Below, piece by piece: positions 49,619 through 60,748 of a DNA stretch of 64,000 nucleotides. A program made the translations under genes and the position numbers. Origin of the DNA: Alphaproteobacteria bacterium (GTDB lineage: Bacteria > Pseudomonadota > Alphaproteobacteria > SP197); the NCBI GenBank assembly GCA_965228895.1, contig OZ245842.1:4256001-4320000 (forward strand), written 5' to 3'. Below the pieces are notes generated by a model, which ran no database searches, was not told the DNA's origin, and worked only from the letters and a program-made list of their open reading frames with translations. Each line of letters opens with the position of its first letter. Position 1 is the first letter of the stretch.

Positions 49619-50116
49619 ATGGCTAAAAACCCAAACAGTAAGTCAGGCGACGAAGACGTCGGCTACCGCAACCCGCCGAAGGAGCACCGATGGCAGAAGG
49701 GCACATCAGGCAACCCAAAAGGCAGGCCGAAGGCATGTCAGAACTTCGAGACCGACGTCAAGGAGACCCTGAAAGAGCAGGTGACGGTCACCGAGAACGG
49801 CACGAAGAAGACGGTAAGTGCGCAGAAGGCCAGTCTGTTGCGCCTGAAAGAGAAGGCGCTCAAAGGTGATGCCCGGTCGCTCGACACGCTCCTGGATCTG
49901 GCGCGCATCCACAACAGCGAAGACCTAGCCGCGCAGGCCGAAGAGGCGCTCGACCCGTTGGATCAGGAGATCCTCGACGACTACTTCGAGCGGCGACTGG
50001 CACAGGAGGAGAGGCGACGGGCCGCCGAGGTCACCGAACCGCCGGTCGATGGCGATCACGAAGAAGAGAACCACGAAGACGATGAGGAGGACCCCGATGC
50101 CTGGCTCCTTGGCTGA
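49619..50116 (+). CDS. DUF5681 protein (terminase small subunit-like position)
   Basis: VGYRNPPKEHRWQKGTSGNPKGRPK. Confidence 0.8.
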   Translation: MAKNPNSKSGDEDVGYRNPPKEHRWQKGTSGNPKGRPKACQNFETDVKETLKEQVTVTENGTKKTVSAQKASLLRLKEKALKGDARSLDTLLDLARIHNSEDLAAQAEEALDPLDQEILDDYFERRLAQEERRRAAEVTEPPVDGDHEEENHEDDEEDPDAWLLG

Positions 50117-51548
50117 CCGTCAGAGGCTCACCACACTCCTGCGAAAGGACCTGAATGCGTTCGTGCGCAAGGCGTTCAATACTGTGTCGCCAGGCGACAC
50201 GTACCTGAAGAACTGGCACATCGAGGCGATCACTTATGAGCTCTCCCGCTGCCTGGATGGCGACAACACCCGGCTACTGATCACGCAACCGCCGCGCTCG
50301 CTGAAATCTATCTGCAGCTCGGTCGCGTTCGTCGCCTGGGCGCTAGGCCACAATCCCAAACTGAGGTTCATCTGCGTGAGCTACTCCCAGGACTTCGCCG
50401 GTACGCTTGCCCGGCAGTTCCGCCAGGTGGTCGACAGCATCTGGTACAGGTCGCTGTTCCCCAGGATGCGGCTGACCAAAGACACCGGCACTGAGTGCGT
50501 CACCAGCGAGGGTGGTGGGCGCCTGGCGACCTCGATCGGCGGTACGCTGACCGGCCGCGGCGCCGACATCATCATCATCGACGATCCGCTGAAGGCCGAA
50601 GACGCTGCCTCAGACACTGCCCGAAAGGCCGTGATCGACTGGTACACCTCAACGCTCGTCACGCGTCTCAACGACAAGGAGCGCGGCGCCATCATCGTCG
50701 TCATGCAGCGACTACACGAGGAGGACCTGGCCGGTCACTTGTTGGAGCACCAGGATTGGCACCACCTCGACCTGCCGGCAATCGCGATCGAGGACCAGGA
50801 GGTCCGGATTGGGCCGGACCACGCCGACGTGCACATCCGCAAGGAAGGCGAACTGCTACACCCCGAGCGCGAGCCGTTATCGTCGCTCGAGCGCATCAAG
50901 GAGGAGATCAGTAGCCTGAGGTTCTCAGCCCAGTACCAGCAGCGGCCGGTGCCGTTGGGCGGCAACCTCGTCAAACGCGACTGGTTCAAGACCTACGACA
51001 CGCCGCCTGACTTGGGTCAAGGGAGCCGGATCGTCCAGAGCTGGGACGTCGCGACGACCGTGAGCGATACGAACAACTGGTCGGTGTGCACCACTTGGCT
51101 CATCAAGCAGAAAACGTTCTACTTGCTGGATGTCTGGCGCGGCCGCCTCGAATATCCGGACCTGAAGCGCAAGGTGATCGCACTGCAGGACGAACACGCC
51201 GCGCGGACGGTGCTGATCGAGAAGGTCAATCTTGGTGTAAGTTTAGTCCAGGACCTCAGAGTCGACAGCCCGGCCGGATTCCCGAATCCCATAGGGATCG
51301 TGCCGGACGGCGACAAGGAGACCCGGATGGAGGCGCAGAGCGCTAGGATCGAAGCGGGGCATGTCGTGTTACCCAAGAATGCGCCCTGGCTCGATACGTT
51401 CTTGAACGAACTGTTGGCATTCCCCTACGGGCGCCACGACGATCAGGTGGACAGCGTGTCGCAGTTCCTGAACTGGGCCTGGCTGCGTGACGGCAGAGGC
51501 ATGCGACTCGCGATCGTGCCGGGAGAAGCGATCCAACTGAACTACTAG
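50097..51548 (+). CDS. Phage terminase large subunit
   Basis: QPPRSLKS, LTGRGAD, IIIDDP, MQRLHEEDL; SWDVA, LIEK, HDDQVD. Confidence 0.9.
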   Translation: MPGSLADRQRLTTLLRKDLNAFVRKAFNTVSPGDTYLKNWHIEAITYELSRCLDGDNTRLLITQPPRSLKSICSSVAFVAWALGHNPKLRFICVSYSQDFAGTLARQFRQVVDSIWYRSLFPRMRLTKDTGTECVTSEGGGRLATSIGGTLTGRGADIIIIDDPLKAEDAASDTARKAVIDWYTSTLVTRLNDKERGAIIVVMQRLHEEDLAGHLLEHQDWHHLDLPAIAIEDQEVRIGPDHADVHIRKEGELLHPEREPLSSLERIKEEISSLRFSAQYQQRPVPLGGNLVKRDWFKTYDTPPDLGQGSRIVQSWDVATTVSDTNNWSVCTTWLIKQKTFYLLDVWRGRLEYPDLKRKVIALQDEHAARTVLIEKVNLGVSLVQDLRVDSPAGFPNPIGIVPDGDKETRMEAQSARIEAGHVVLPKNAPWLDTFLNELLAFPYGRHDDQVDSVSQFLNWAWLRDGRGMRLAIVPGEAIQLNY

Positions 51549-51675
51549 GCGCATACGAATGCGCTACTTCAATGGGCTTTAGGGTTACAACGGCCCACAT
51601 CGATGCGCCCAGTCGGGCAGTTGGACTTTGCGGCCAAAGCAAGCGTCAGTGGCACTCGGAAGAAGGAGTGCCGGC

Positions 51676-51906
51676 ATGCGCAAACGCCAACGCAAGATCA
51701 TCACGCGACTGTTCGCAACCGCAACATCGTTGACAGAAGCTGCCCATGAAGCCTCCTGCGATGGTCAGGCGCACGATGCCGACACAGAGCAATATCAAGC
51801 GGCTGTGCGCCGCATTCTGTCGGCGACCCACGACATTAGGGTGCTGGCTGAGGTGATCGGCGAGTTGGTCGACCAAATGGACAATCCCGGAAGCACTCGG
51901 CCCTGA
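51676..51906 (+). CDS. Small hypothetical protein
   Basis: AAGGAG SD; preceded by one copy of the 26-bp repeated motif. Confidence 0.55.
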   Translation: MRKRQRKIITRLFATATSLTEAAHEASCDGQAHDADTEQYQAAVRRILSATHDIRVLAEVIGELVDQMDNPGSTRP

Positions 51907-52070
51907 AGTCCCGATGGAAAACGACTGGACAATGGCGGCCTAGCAAGCGTCCATGGTCGAACTGAAAGACCGCCTTCCTCTCGATCGCGCCCTGCCTGGC
52001 CAAGCCCGGAGGGCCTCAACAGGTGACAACGCTGGTATCGGACCGGTGCGACACATGAGAGGAAACGACC

Positions 52071-52340
52071 ATGTCATCTGCGACCACCAAGAAGGCCACC
52101 ACATCACGGGATCAAACCGCATCTGATCCCGTCGAGACCAAGACTGAAAAGGTGATCAAACTGCTGCGCCGCAAGAACGGCGCTACCATCGCCAACATCC
52201 AGAAGGCCACCGGCTGGCAGCCCCACAGCGTCCGCGGGTTCCTGTCGGGGACACTGAAGACGCGAATGGGCCTCGTCATTAAAGGCGAAACAGACGCAAA
52301 GGGCGTGCGCCACTATCGTATTGCCAGGCCTAGCAAGTGA
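52071..52340 (+). CDS. DUF3489 winged-HTH protein
   Basis: TK..VIKLLRR.NGATI..ATGWQPHSVRGFLSG. Confidence 0.88.
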   Translation: MSSATTKKATTSRDQTASDPVETKTEKVIKLLRRKNGATIANIQKATGWQPHSVRGFLSGTLKTRMGLVIKGETDAKGVRHYRIARPSK

Positions 52341-52789
52341 TGTCGGCGCAACCAGTCAATATCGTGGCGCTTTCGGCGATGGGCCGAGACACACTGCTCG
52401 ATCTCTGGCGTCAGATTCATGACCACGACCCACCGCGCAACGCCAGCCGTCCGTTCCTGCGATACTGTATTGCCTACCGGCTTCAGGAGAGGGAGCACGG
52501 CGGGATAGACCCGGCGACACATCGTAAGCTCCATCGCCTGGCGATCGGCGGAGAGTACGCTGGATCTGCAGCACGGTCGCGAACCGCCATCAGACCGGGA
52601 ACGCGGCTTATCCGCACCTGGCAAGGTCGACCCTATGAGGCGACGGTTGTCGAAAATGGGTTCATGTTTGAAGGCAAGCGCTACCGATCGCTCTCGGCGG
52701 TCGCCCGCGCCATCACAGGAACCCGCTGGAACGGCTGGCGGTTCTTCGGTGTCGACCCCGGCCAACAAGGTAGCAAGAAGTGTCGCTGA
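52337..52789 (+). CDS. DUF2924 protein
   Basis: AYRLQE, PGTRLIRTWQG, SLSAVARAITGTRWNGWRFFG. Confidence 0.9.
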   Translation: MMSAQPVNIVALSAMGRDTLLDLWRQIHDHDPPRNASRPFLRYCIAYRLQEREHGGIDPATHRKLHRLAIGGEYAGSAARSRTAIRPGTRLIRTWQGRPYEATVVENGFMFEGKRYRSLSAVARAITGTRWNGWRFFGVDPGQQGSKKCR

Positions 52790-54513
52790 TGGCGGTCAAG
52801 CGACCCAAGGCGACATGCGCCATCTACACCCGCAAATCGTCCGAAGAGGGGCTCGATCAGGCCTTCAACTCACTCGATGCCCAGCGCGAGGCCGGCGAGG
52901 CCTTCATCCATAGCCAGACCCATGAGGGCTGGCGTGTCCTGTCAGATCGCTATGACGACGGTGGCATCTCCGGTGCCACTATGGAACGCCCAGCCCTGAA
53001 GCGACTTCTGGCTGATATCGAGGCCGGCAAGATCGACGTTGTGGTGGTCTACAAGGTCGACCGGCTGACCAGGGCCCTCTCCGACTTCGCCAAGATGATC
53101 GAGATCTTCGACCGCCATGGCGTCTCGTTCGTCTCGGTCACCCAGCAGTTCAACACCACCACGTCCATGGGACGGTTGACCCTCAACGTGTTGCTGTCGT
53201 TCGCCCAGTTCGAGCGTGAAGTCACCGGTGAGCGCATCCGTGACAAGATCAGGGCGTCGAAGGCCAAGGGTATGTGGATGGGCGGCAGACCGCCGCTCGG
53301 CTTCGACGTCCGGGATCGCAAGTTGGTGGTCAACCCCGGCGAAGCGAAACAGGTGCGCTGGATCTTCCGGCGCTACCTGGACTTGGGTGCGATCAACCGC
53401 CTTCGCAGCGACGTCGTGAGCCAGGACATCACCAGCAAGGTCTACACCAGCAAAGCCGGGATCAGTTCCGGTGGCGGACCCTTCGGGCGTTCGGCCCTCC
53501 ATCGCTTGTTGGGCAACCACCTCTATGTCGGCGAGGTCGCCCATCGGGGCAACGTCTATCTGGGTGAGCATGAGGCGATTGTAGATCGCGAGCTCTGGGA
53601 CAAGGTACAGGCCTTGCTGGCAGAGAAACGGCAATGCGAACACGCCGGTCCGTCGACACGCCAGGTCAGCCTTCTCAAGGGCCTGATAGTTGATGCCAGC
53701 GAAAGGCGCCTGACCCCGATCCATGCCACGAAGAACGGCAAGCGCTATCGTTACTACGTCTCAAACTGCATTGTCAGCGGCTCGATCTGCGGAGCCGACG
53801 ACCGAACATGGCGCATCCCTGCTCACGAGATCGAGCAGCTGGCCATCAGCCAAATCAAAGACCTGCTCAGAGATCGCAGCAGGCTCTATGACGTTCTAAA
53901 GGCCGTGGATGCTTCGCTCGCGACAGCCGAGGCGACCTACGACCATCTGGCCGAGGTCGCCGATCGCTGGGACGAGCTTGTCCACCGCGACCAGCGCATC
54001 ATCCTCAGACACCTGCTGTCTCGCGTCACCATCGCCGATGATCAGGTCGAGGTTCACGTCCGTCCCGATGCGATCGCTCATATCGGTGTTTCAGGGGCCG
54101 ACAGCTTAATCGCTGCCAGGCCTGACGGGCGCGGCCGAACCGAGCCGGTGGTTCTGACGGTGCCCGCACGCCTGACGCGACGCGGAAGAGAACTCAAGCT
54201 CATCGTAACCGGTGAAGAGGTGGACGGCAGATTGCCGGACACCGACCTGATGGTCGCTGTGGCACGCGCCCGTCACTGGCTCGACCTCCTGATGACAGGC
54301 AAGGTCGCATCAATCAGGGATCTCGCCCTCAGCGAGAGGAAGCTCGAACGTCATATCGGCCAGCATCTAAGGCTCGCCTTTCTGGCACCCGACATCGTCG
54401 AAGCGATCCTTGATGGTAGGCAGCCACCTGAGCTCTCGCTACGCAAGCTCGTCAGGACCGACCCGCCGCTCGAATGGGGCGAACAGCGTCGACGGCTCGG
54501 ATTTGCTGGGTAG
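52789..54513 (+). CDS. Large serine recombinase (probable island integrase)
   Basis: YTRKSSEEG, YDDGG.SG, YKVDRLTR, FAQFERE, RYYVS. Confidence 0.93.
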   Translation: MAVKRPKATCAIYTRKSSEEGLDQAFNSLDAQREAGEAFIHSQTHEGWRVLSDRYDDGGISGATMERPALKRLLADIEAGKIDVVVVYKVDRLTRALSDFAKMIEIFDRHGVSFVSVTQQFNTTTSMGRLTLNVLLSFAQFEREVTGERIRDKIRASKAKGMWMGGRPPLGFDVRDRKLVVNPGEAKQVRWIFRRYLDLGAINRLRSDVVSQDITSKVYTSKAGISSGGGPFGRSALHRLLGNHLYVGEVAHRGNVYLGEHEAIVDRELWDKVQALLAEKRQCEHAGPSTRQVSLLKGLIVDASERRLTPIHATKNGKRYRYYVSNCIVSGSICGADDRTWRIPAHEIEQLAISQIKDLLRDRSRLYDVLKAVDASLATAEATYDHLAEVADRWDELVHRDQRIILRHLLSRVTIADDQVEVHVRPDAIAHIGVSGADSLIAARPDGRGRTEPVVLTVPARLTRRGRELKLIVTGEEVDGRLPDTDLMVAVARARHWLDLLMTGKVASIRDLALSERKLERHIGQHLRLAFLAPDIVEAILDGRQPPELSLRKLVRTDPPLEWGEQRRRLGFAG

Positions 54514-54748
54514 ATCGCTGCCTCGTTCGTCCACTATCCATCCAATCTGACGACATCCACCTCGCCGAAAGTCCCTCCACAATCGGGCCAACCGGAGACT
54601 GGCGGTGGATGACGGCGAGAGGCGCGATGACCGCAGTCTCCGCACTCACGCCAATGCACTTTCCACATTCGCAAAGGCCCGGCGTACGGGCGCTTCGCCG
54701 GCCGATACGACAACACCGAAAGCCGTTCCAGGTCATCTAGTTGGAGAC

Positions 54749-54838
54749 TGGCGGAGGGAGCGGGATTCGAACCCGCGAGGGGCTTACACCCCAACACGCT
54801 TTCCAGGCGTGCGCCTTAAACCACTCGGCCATCCCTCC
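54749..54838 (-). tRNA. tRNA-Ser(GGA)
   Basis: 90 nt GGAGGGATGGCCGAGTGG...CTGGAAA...long variable arm...GGTTCGAATCC...CCA. Confidence 0.97.
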
Positions 54839-54948
54839 TCGAAGCCGCGAAACCTAACCGCAGGCCGGGGCCGGCGCAAGCTGGCCGGAAACGGCTGAGC
54901 CCGGGGCCAATTCGGTGTAAGCTGACGCTCCCCTTCCGGTGACGGCCC

Positions 54949-55278
54949 ATGCGGCCGGGAGCGCTCAACTTGCGACGTCTCATGTCCTATCTTGGCCTGC
55001 TGCTGCTGGCTATCACTGCCGTCATCATCGTCGTTAATCTGTTCGGCGACGGCTGGCTTTCGCCAACAATCGCGGAGGTCTGGGCTTCGATTAACGCCAA
55101 TTCGCTGGTCGGCTTCGGCTCGCTCGTGGAAAACCAGATCGACCCGGATCTGTGGGTCGACTCGATCCTGCCGCTCTTGAGCCTCCCAGCCTGGTCAGTC
55201 CCGGCCGTTCTCGGCCTTATCCTCGTGCTGATCGGCAAAGGCGGCCGTCGCAAGCGCATGACGGCGGCGGGCGGCTAG
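54949..55278 (+). CDS. Hypothetical membrane protein
   Basis: Two TM segments, core-like codon usage; start uncertain. Confidence 0.65.
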   Translation: MRPGALNLRRLMSYLGLLLLAITAVIIVVNLFGDGWLSPTIAEVWASINANSLVGFGSLVENQIDPDLWVDSILPLLSLPAWSVPAVLGLILVLIGKGGRRKRMTAAGG

Positions 55279-55295
55279 AGCGATTCGATCGGCGG

Positions 55296-55937
55296 TCAGG
55301 TCTTGCGATAGATGACGTAGTGGACCGACGCGCCCTGATCTTTGAAGATTTCGTCCAGCCGGTTTTCGACCGTGGCGATGAGACCGTCCGTCTCAAACCC
55401 GTCGAGCATCGTCTTGAATCCTTTAGCGTCCCAGATGTCCTTATGAATGGTGAACGCCATCAAACCGCCCGGCATCAGGATACGCAGGATCTCCGGCAGA
55501 GGTTCGGGGCCGACATGGCCGCACGTGAAGGTGCCTGATGAAATCGCCGCACCATAGACGCCGTCGTCCAGGTCGAGCGGCAGGGTGATATCAGCGCGGA
55601 TCAACTGACGGTAGATGCCGCGCTCTTCGGCTTTCGCCAGCATCTCCGGCGTGATGTCGACGCCGTCGATATGGCGAAAACCCTGTTCGGCGAGATAGAC
55701 GGACGTGAGGCCGGTGCCGCAGCCGATATCGAGGACCGGCGTCGACACATCGTCGAGATGGGCGGCGAGCCGTCTTGCGATCCGGTCCGGTCCGACATAG
55801 CCGAGCTTGCCGACCATGTGGTCGTCATAAGCGCCCGACCATTCGCGATAAAATGCCTGTGCTTGATCGGCACCCTGGAGGCTATAGGCGCCTTGGACAA
55901 ATTCGTCCTTTTCCAGATCCTTCTTGTCGTCAGCCAT
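55296..55937 (-). CDS. Class I SAM-dependent methyltransferase
   Basis: [19 protein letters not shown]; start MADDKK overlapping the lepA stop. Confidence 0.88.
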   Translation of the reverse strand: MADDKKDLEKDEFVQGAYSLQGADQAQAFYREWSGAYDDHMVGKLGYVGPDRIARRLAAHLDDVSTPVLDIGCGTGLTSVYLAEQGFRHIDGVDITPEMLAKAEERGIYRQLIRADITLPLDLDDGVYGAAISSGTFTCGHVGPEPLPEILRILMPGGLMAFTIHKDIWDAKGFKTMLDGFETDGLIATVENRLDEIFKDQGASVHYVIYRKT

Positions 55938-57732
55938 CAAGCCTGAGAGCGGCGAGGAACGCGTCCTGCGGGATCTCGACATCGCCGAACTGGCGCATGC
56001 GTTTCTTGCCGCGCTTCTGCTTTTCCAGAAGCTTGCGCTTGCGCGTGATGTCGCCGCCATAACACTTGGCCAGCACGTCTTTTCTGAGCGCGCTGATGGT
56101 TTCACGCGCGATGACCTTGCCGCCGATCGCCGCCTGAATCGGTATCTTGAAAAGCTGGCGCGGAATAAGGCCCTTCAACTTTTCACATACCGCCCGGCCA
56201 CGGCTCTCCGCGCGGCTGCGTTCGACGATCTGCGCCAGGCCATCGACCGCCTCGCCGTTGACCAGGATATCGAGGCGCACCAGATCGCCTTCGCGGTAGC
56301 CGTCGAGTTGATAGTCGAAGCTGGCGTAACCACGGCTGACCGACTTCAGGCGGTCGTAGAAATCGAACACGACCTCAGCCAGCGGCAAGCGATAGACCAC
56401 CATCGCGCGCGCGCCCGCATAGGTCAGTTCGACCTGCTCGCCGCGTTTATCGGTGCATAGCTGCAGGACCGCGCCCAGATATTCGTCGGGCACCAGGATG
56501 GTCGCCTTGATCCATGGCTCCTCGATCTTCTCGATGCGCGTGGGATCGGGCAGGTCGACGGGATTGTGCAGCTCCGACGCCTCGCCGCCGCGTTCGGTAA
56601 TGCGATAGACGACACTGGGCGCGGTCGCGATCAGATCCAGATCGAACTCGCGCTCCAGCCGCTCCTGAATGATCTCCAGATGCAGCAGGCCCAGGAAACC
56701 GCAGCGGAAACCCTGGCCTAGCGCGACGGAGCTTTCCGGCTCGAAATGGAAGCTCGCGTCGTTCAGCCGCAGCTTGCCCAGACTGTCGCGCAGGTCGTTG
56801 TAATCGCCGGCATCGGTCGGATAGAGGCCGCAGAAGACGACCGGCTGACTCGGCTTGAAGCCAGGCAGCGCATCCTCGGTGCGTTCGCGATCGTCGGTGA
56901 TCGTGTCGCCGACACGGCATTCGGCGATGTCCTTGATGGCGGCGGTGATGAACCCGATCTCGCCCGGCCCCAACTCGTCGACCAGAACGCCCTTGGGCGT
57001 AAAGATGCCGACCCGGTCAATATCGCGTACGGCGCTGGTACCCATCAGGCGGATGCGCTGGCCCTTGCGGATATGACCGTCGACCATGCGCAGCAGGATC
57101 ATGACGCCCAGATAGGCGTCATACCAACTGTCGACCAGAAGCGCCTTCAAAGGTTTCTCGGCGTCGCCCGCCTTGGGCGGCGGCAAGCGGTCGCAGATCG
57201 CCTGCAGCACGGCTTCGATGTTCTCGCCGGTCTTGGCGGAGACGGGCACCGCGTCGGACGCGTCGATGCCGACGACGTCTTCGATGTTCTGTTTGACACG
57301 ATCGACATCGGCGGCCGGCAGGTCGATCTTGTTGATCACCGGCAGGATCTCGAGATCCGCATCGACCGCCATATAGGCGTTGGCGACGGTCTGCGCCTCG
57401 ACACCCTGGGTCGAATCGACGATCAGCATGGCGCCCTCGCAGGCGCGCAGGGACCGGCTGACCTCATAGGTGAAATCGACATGGCCGGGCGTGTCGATCA
57501 GATTGATCAGATAGGTCTCGCCATCGGCCGCGACGAAACTCAGGCGCACCGTCTGGGCCTTGATGGTGATCCCGCGCTCGCGCTCCAGATCCATGGCGTC
57601 AAGCACCTGGCCGCGCATTTCGCGCGCGTCGAGCCCGCCGCACGCCTCGATCAGGCGGTCGGCCAAGGTCGACTTGCCGTGATCGATGTGCGCGATGATC
57701 GCGACATTGCGAATATGCGAAAGATCGGTCAT
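55930..57732 (-). CDS. lepA: Elongation factor 4
   Basis: [39 protein letters not shown]. Confidence 0.98.
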   Translation of the reverse strand: MTDLSHIRNVAIIAHIDHGKSTLADRLIEACGGLDAREMRGQVLDAMDLERERGITIKAQTVRLSFVAADGETYLINLIDTPGHVDFTYEVSRSLRACEGAMLIVDSTQGVEAQTVANAYMAVDADLEILPVINKIDLPAADVDRVKQNIEDVVGIDASDAVPVSAKTGENIEAVLQAICDRLPPPKAGDAEKPLKALLVDSWYDAYLGVMILLRMVDGHIRKGQRIRLMGTSAVRDIDRVGIFTPKGVLVDELGPGEIGFITAAIKDIAECRVGDTITDDRERTEDALPGFKPSQPVVFCGLYPTDAGDYNDLRDSLGKLRLNDASFHFEPESSVALGQGFRCGFLGLLHLEIIQERLEREFDLDLIATAPSVVYRITERGGEASELHNPVDLPDPTRIEKIEEPWIKATILVPDEYLGAVLQLCTDKRGEQVELTYAGARAMVVYRLPLAEVVFDFYDRLKSVSRGYASFDYQLDGYREGDLVRLDILVNGEAVDGLAQIVERSRAESRGRAVCEKLKGLIPRQLFKIPIQAAIGGKVIARETISALRKDVLAKCYGGDITRKRKLLEKQKRGKKRMRQFGDVEIPQDAFLAALRLDG

Positions 57733-57977
57733 GGGTTTCCGTTTAGAGCAGATCCTGTCTTGATGGAATCGCTTCGCGATTCCGTCAAGGCGGGTGAATC
57801 TGCTCTACTCATAGATGGAGAGCGGATCGTGGTCCGCTCTAGGGCAGCGAAGGCGGAACATAAGCGGCCATGGCCCCTGGACGCAACCACGAGGGATAAA
57901 TGGCAACAAGGCGGTTCACCAGCGGGGTTCAAAGGCCCATGGTGGTACACGACCAAACCAACGGGAGCGCCAAGCCG

Positions 57978-58349
57978 ATGATCGATCATCTCGACACCTC
58001 GCCCGACGGCCGGGCCATGCGTTTCAGGGCTGGCGGTATCCTGACCCATGAGGACTATCAGGCGTTGATCCCCGTGCTTGAGCAGGCCATTTCCGAACAC
58101 GGCAAGATCTCCGTCCTGGTAGAGCTCGACGACATCACCGGCATCGAGGCGCGCGCGGTGATGGACGAATTTGCCTTTGATATCCACCACTTCCGCGATT
58201 TCGACCGGCTCGGCGTGATCGGCGAAGGAGCCTGGGAGGATTGGATGACCCGGGCCACCAACCCGCTGGTTCCAGGCGAGATGCGCTATTTCCCGGAAGC
58301 CGAAAGCGACGCTGCCTGGGCCTGGGTCCGGGGCCAGGAAAACTCCTAG
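57978..58349 (+). CDS. STAS/SEC14 (SpoIIAA-like) domain protein
   Basis: G.LT.EDY, RLGVIG, RYF..AWAWV. Confidence 0.8.
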   Translation: MIDHLDTSPDGRAMRFRAGGILTHEDYQALIPVLEQAISEHGKISVLVELDDITGIEARAVMDEFAFDIHHFRDFDRLGVIGEGAWEDWMTRATNPLVPGEMRYFPEAESDAAWAWVRGQENS

Positions 58350-60748
58350 CCCCTTAGCTTACCGCCGGTGTTCTTCTCGACCGCCGCCACCACCTTGGCG
58401 GCGACCGCGTCGATCTCGTCATCGGTCAAGGTGCGCTCGCGCGGCAGCATGTGGACCGAGATGGCGATCGACTTCTGCCCCTCGCCCAGGGACGGTCCCT
58501 CGAACAGATCGAACACGTTAACGGCGGTAATCAAATCACGCTCCGCGACGGCCGCCGCGCGCACGACCTTCTCGGCCGGCACGTCGGCATCGACAAGGAA
58601 GGCAAAATCCCGTTCAACCGCTTGAAGCTGCGAGATGTCCAGGGCCGGACGCGTAAAGGTCTTCGACTTCGGCGCCGGCACATGTTCCAGCATGACCTCG
58701 AAACCGACAATCGGGCCGTCAATATCGATCGCCTTCAACACCGCCGGGCTGATCTCGCCAAAGGCCGCCAAGACATTGGGTCCCAGGCGCAACACACCGG
58801 AACGGCCGGGATGGAACCAGGCAGGCGCGTCGGTTGTGGTCTGCGCCTTGTCGACCGGCGCGCCGACAGCGTCGAGCACGGCAAGCGCATCGGCCTTGGC
58901 ATCGAAGGCATCGACTGGGCGCTCGCCTTCCAGCCAGTTGCGCGGCCCTGAAGCGCCGACGCGGATACCGGCGACCGAAGTCATCTGACCCTTGGGCGTG
59001 CGATCGACATAGGCCGGGCCGATCTCGAACAGGCCGAAGTCACGTTGGCCGCGCGCCAGATTGCGGCCGGCCGCCGCCATCAGGGCGGGCAGACCGGACG
59101 GACGCAGGACGTCCATGTCGGCGGAGATCGGATTTTCCAGCACCAGATCGTCATCGACACCGCCGAACAACTGCGCATGGGTGCGCGGCACGAAGGAATA
59201 GGTCACCGCTTCGTTCATGCCACGGCCGGCAAGCGCACGACGCGCCCAACGGACCCGCTTCTGCAACAGTGTCAGGATCGGTTTGGCGTAGGCGCTGAGG
59301 CGTGGCAGCGACACCGGCTCGATCGCGTCGAAGCCGTTGATGCGCAGGATTTCCTCGATGACATCGGCCTCGCACTGCATGTCGTGGCGCCAGGTCGGCA
59401 CGGTCACATCCCAGCGATCGTCGGCGGCATCCCTGACCCCATAACCGAGATCGCCCAGGATACGCTCGCTCTCGGCCTTGGCGATATCAATGCCGCCCAA
59501 GGACAGCACGCGCGACGGCCGCACCGCCATGGTCTGATGGTCGGTCGGCACCGCGCCCGCGATGACCGGCTCGCTCGCCTCGCCGCCGCAAATCTCCAGG
59601 ACCAGGCGCGTCGCGATCTCCATGCCATCGGGCGCGAAGGCGCCGTCGACGCCGCGCTCGAAACGGTGGCGCGCGTCGGTATCCAGTGCCAGCTTACGGC
59701 CGGTCGCGGCGGTGCGCAGCGGATCGAACAGCGCGATTTCCAGGAAACCGTTGACCGTATCCTCCTCGGCGCTTGTCGATTCACCGCCGATGATGCCGCC
59801 CAGGCCGAGCATGCCGCTCTCATCGACAATGGCCGTCATCTCGTCGTCGGCTTCGTAGTCTTTGCCGTTAAGCGCCAGGAAGGTCTCGCCCGACTTCGCG
59901 AGGCGCGCGCCGATCGTGCCCTTGACCTTGTCGGCGTCATAGATGTGCGCCGGGCGGCCGATATCGAGCGTCACCCAGTTGGTGATATCAACCAGCGCCG
60001 AGATCGGACGCAAGCCCACCGCAATCAGCTTCTGCTGCATCCAGGCCGGGCTCGGGCCGTTCTTGAGGCCCTTGAAGTAACGACCGATAAAGAGCGAACA
60101 GGCATCTTTCGTCTCATCGTCGAAGTCGAGCTTGATCGCCATCGGGCTCTTGAACGTGCCTTTGACCGGTGTGGTGTCGAGCGGCTTGAGCGTGCCCATG
60201 CCGGCGGCCGCCAAATCACGCGCAATGCCGCGCACGCCCAGGCAATCGCCCCGGTCCGGCGTGATCGAGATATCCAGCACCGCATCGTCAAGGCCCATGT
60301 ATGCCGCGAACGGTTCGCCGACGACCGCATCCTCCGGCAACTCGATGATGCCGTCGTGTTCGTCGGAAAGCCCCATCTCGCGTTCCGAACACAGCATGCC
60401 GTTCGACTCTTCGCCGCGGATTTTCGACGGCTTGAGCTTCATGTCGGTGCCCGGGATCGTGAGGCCCGACGCCGCAAAGACACCCTTCATGCCGGTGCGC
60501 GCGTTGGGCGCGCCGCACACGACCTGCACGGTCTCGGTTCCGTTATCGACCACGCACACCCTCAGCTTGTCGGCGTTGGGATGCTGTTTGGCCTCGACCA
60601 CGTATCCGACAACGAACGGCGCGAGTTCGCGTGCACGGTCGGTCACGCCGTCGACCTCCAGGCCGATGCGGTTCAGCGTGTCGGCGATCTCATCGGCGGA
60701 CGCCTCGGTATCGAGGTGGCGTTTGAGCCAATCAAGCGTGATCTTCAT
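58346..60748 (-). CDS. pheT: Phenylalanine-tRNA ligase beta subunit
   Basis: HPNADKL, CGAPN, RFERGVD, VERDFAF. Confidence 0.98.
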   Translation of the reverse strand: MKITLDWLKRHLDTEASADEIADTLNRIGLEVDGVTDRARELAPFVVGYVVEAKQHPNADKLRVCVVDNGTETVQVVCGAPNARTGMKGVFAASGLTIPGTDMKLKPSKIRGEESNGMLCSEREMGLSDEHDGIIELPEDAVVGEPFAAYMGLDDAVLDISITPDRGDCLGVRGIARDLAAAGMGTLKPLDTTPVKGTFKSPMAIKLDFDDETKDACSLFIGRYFKGLKNGPSPAWMQQKLIAVGLRPISALVDITNWVTLDIGRPAHIYDADKVKGTIGARLAKSGETFLALNGKDYEADDEMTAIVDESGMLGLGGIIGGESTSAEEDTVNGFLEIALFDPLRTAATGRKLALDTDARHRFERGVDGAFAPDGMEIATRLVLEICGGEASEPVIAGAVPTDHQTMAVRPSRVLSLGGIDIAKAESERILGDLGYGVRDAADDRWDVTVPTWRHDMQCEADVIEEILRINGFDAIEPVSLPRLSAYAKPILTLLQKRVRWARRALAGRGMNEAVTYSFVPRTHAQLFGGVDDDLVLENPISADMDVLRPSGLPALMAAAGRNLARGQRDFGLFEIGPAYVDRTPKGQMTSVAGIRVGASGPRNWLEGERPVDAFDAKADALAVLDAVGAPVDKAQTTTDAPAWFHPGRSGVLRLGPNVLAAFGEISPAVLKAIDIDGPIVGFEVMLEHVPAPKSKTFTRPALDISQLQAVERDFAFLVDADVPAEKVVRAAAVAERDLITAVNVFDLFEGPSLGEGQKSIAISVHMLPRERTLTDDEIDAVAAKVVAAVEKNTGGKLRG

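Noticed and set aside
48160-54513. Intact prophage
   Set aside because: No portal, capsid, tail, lysis or replication genes
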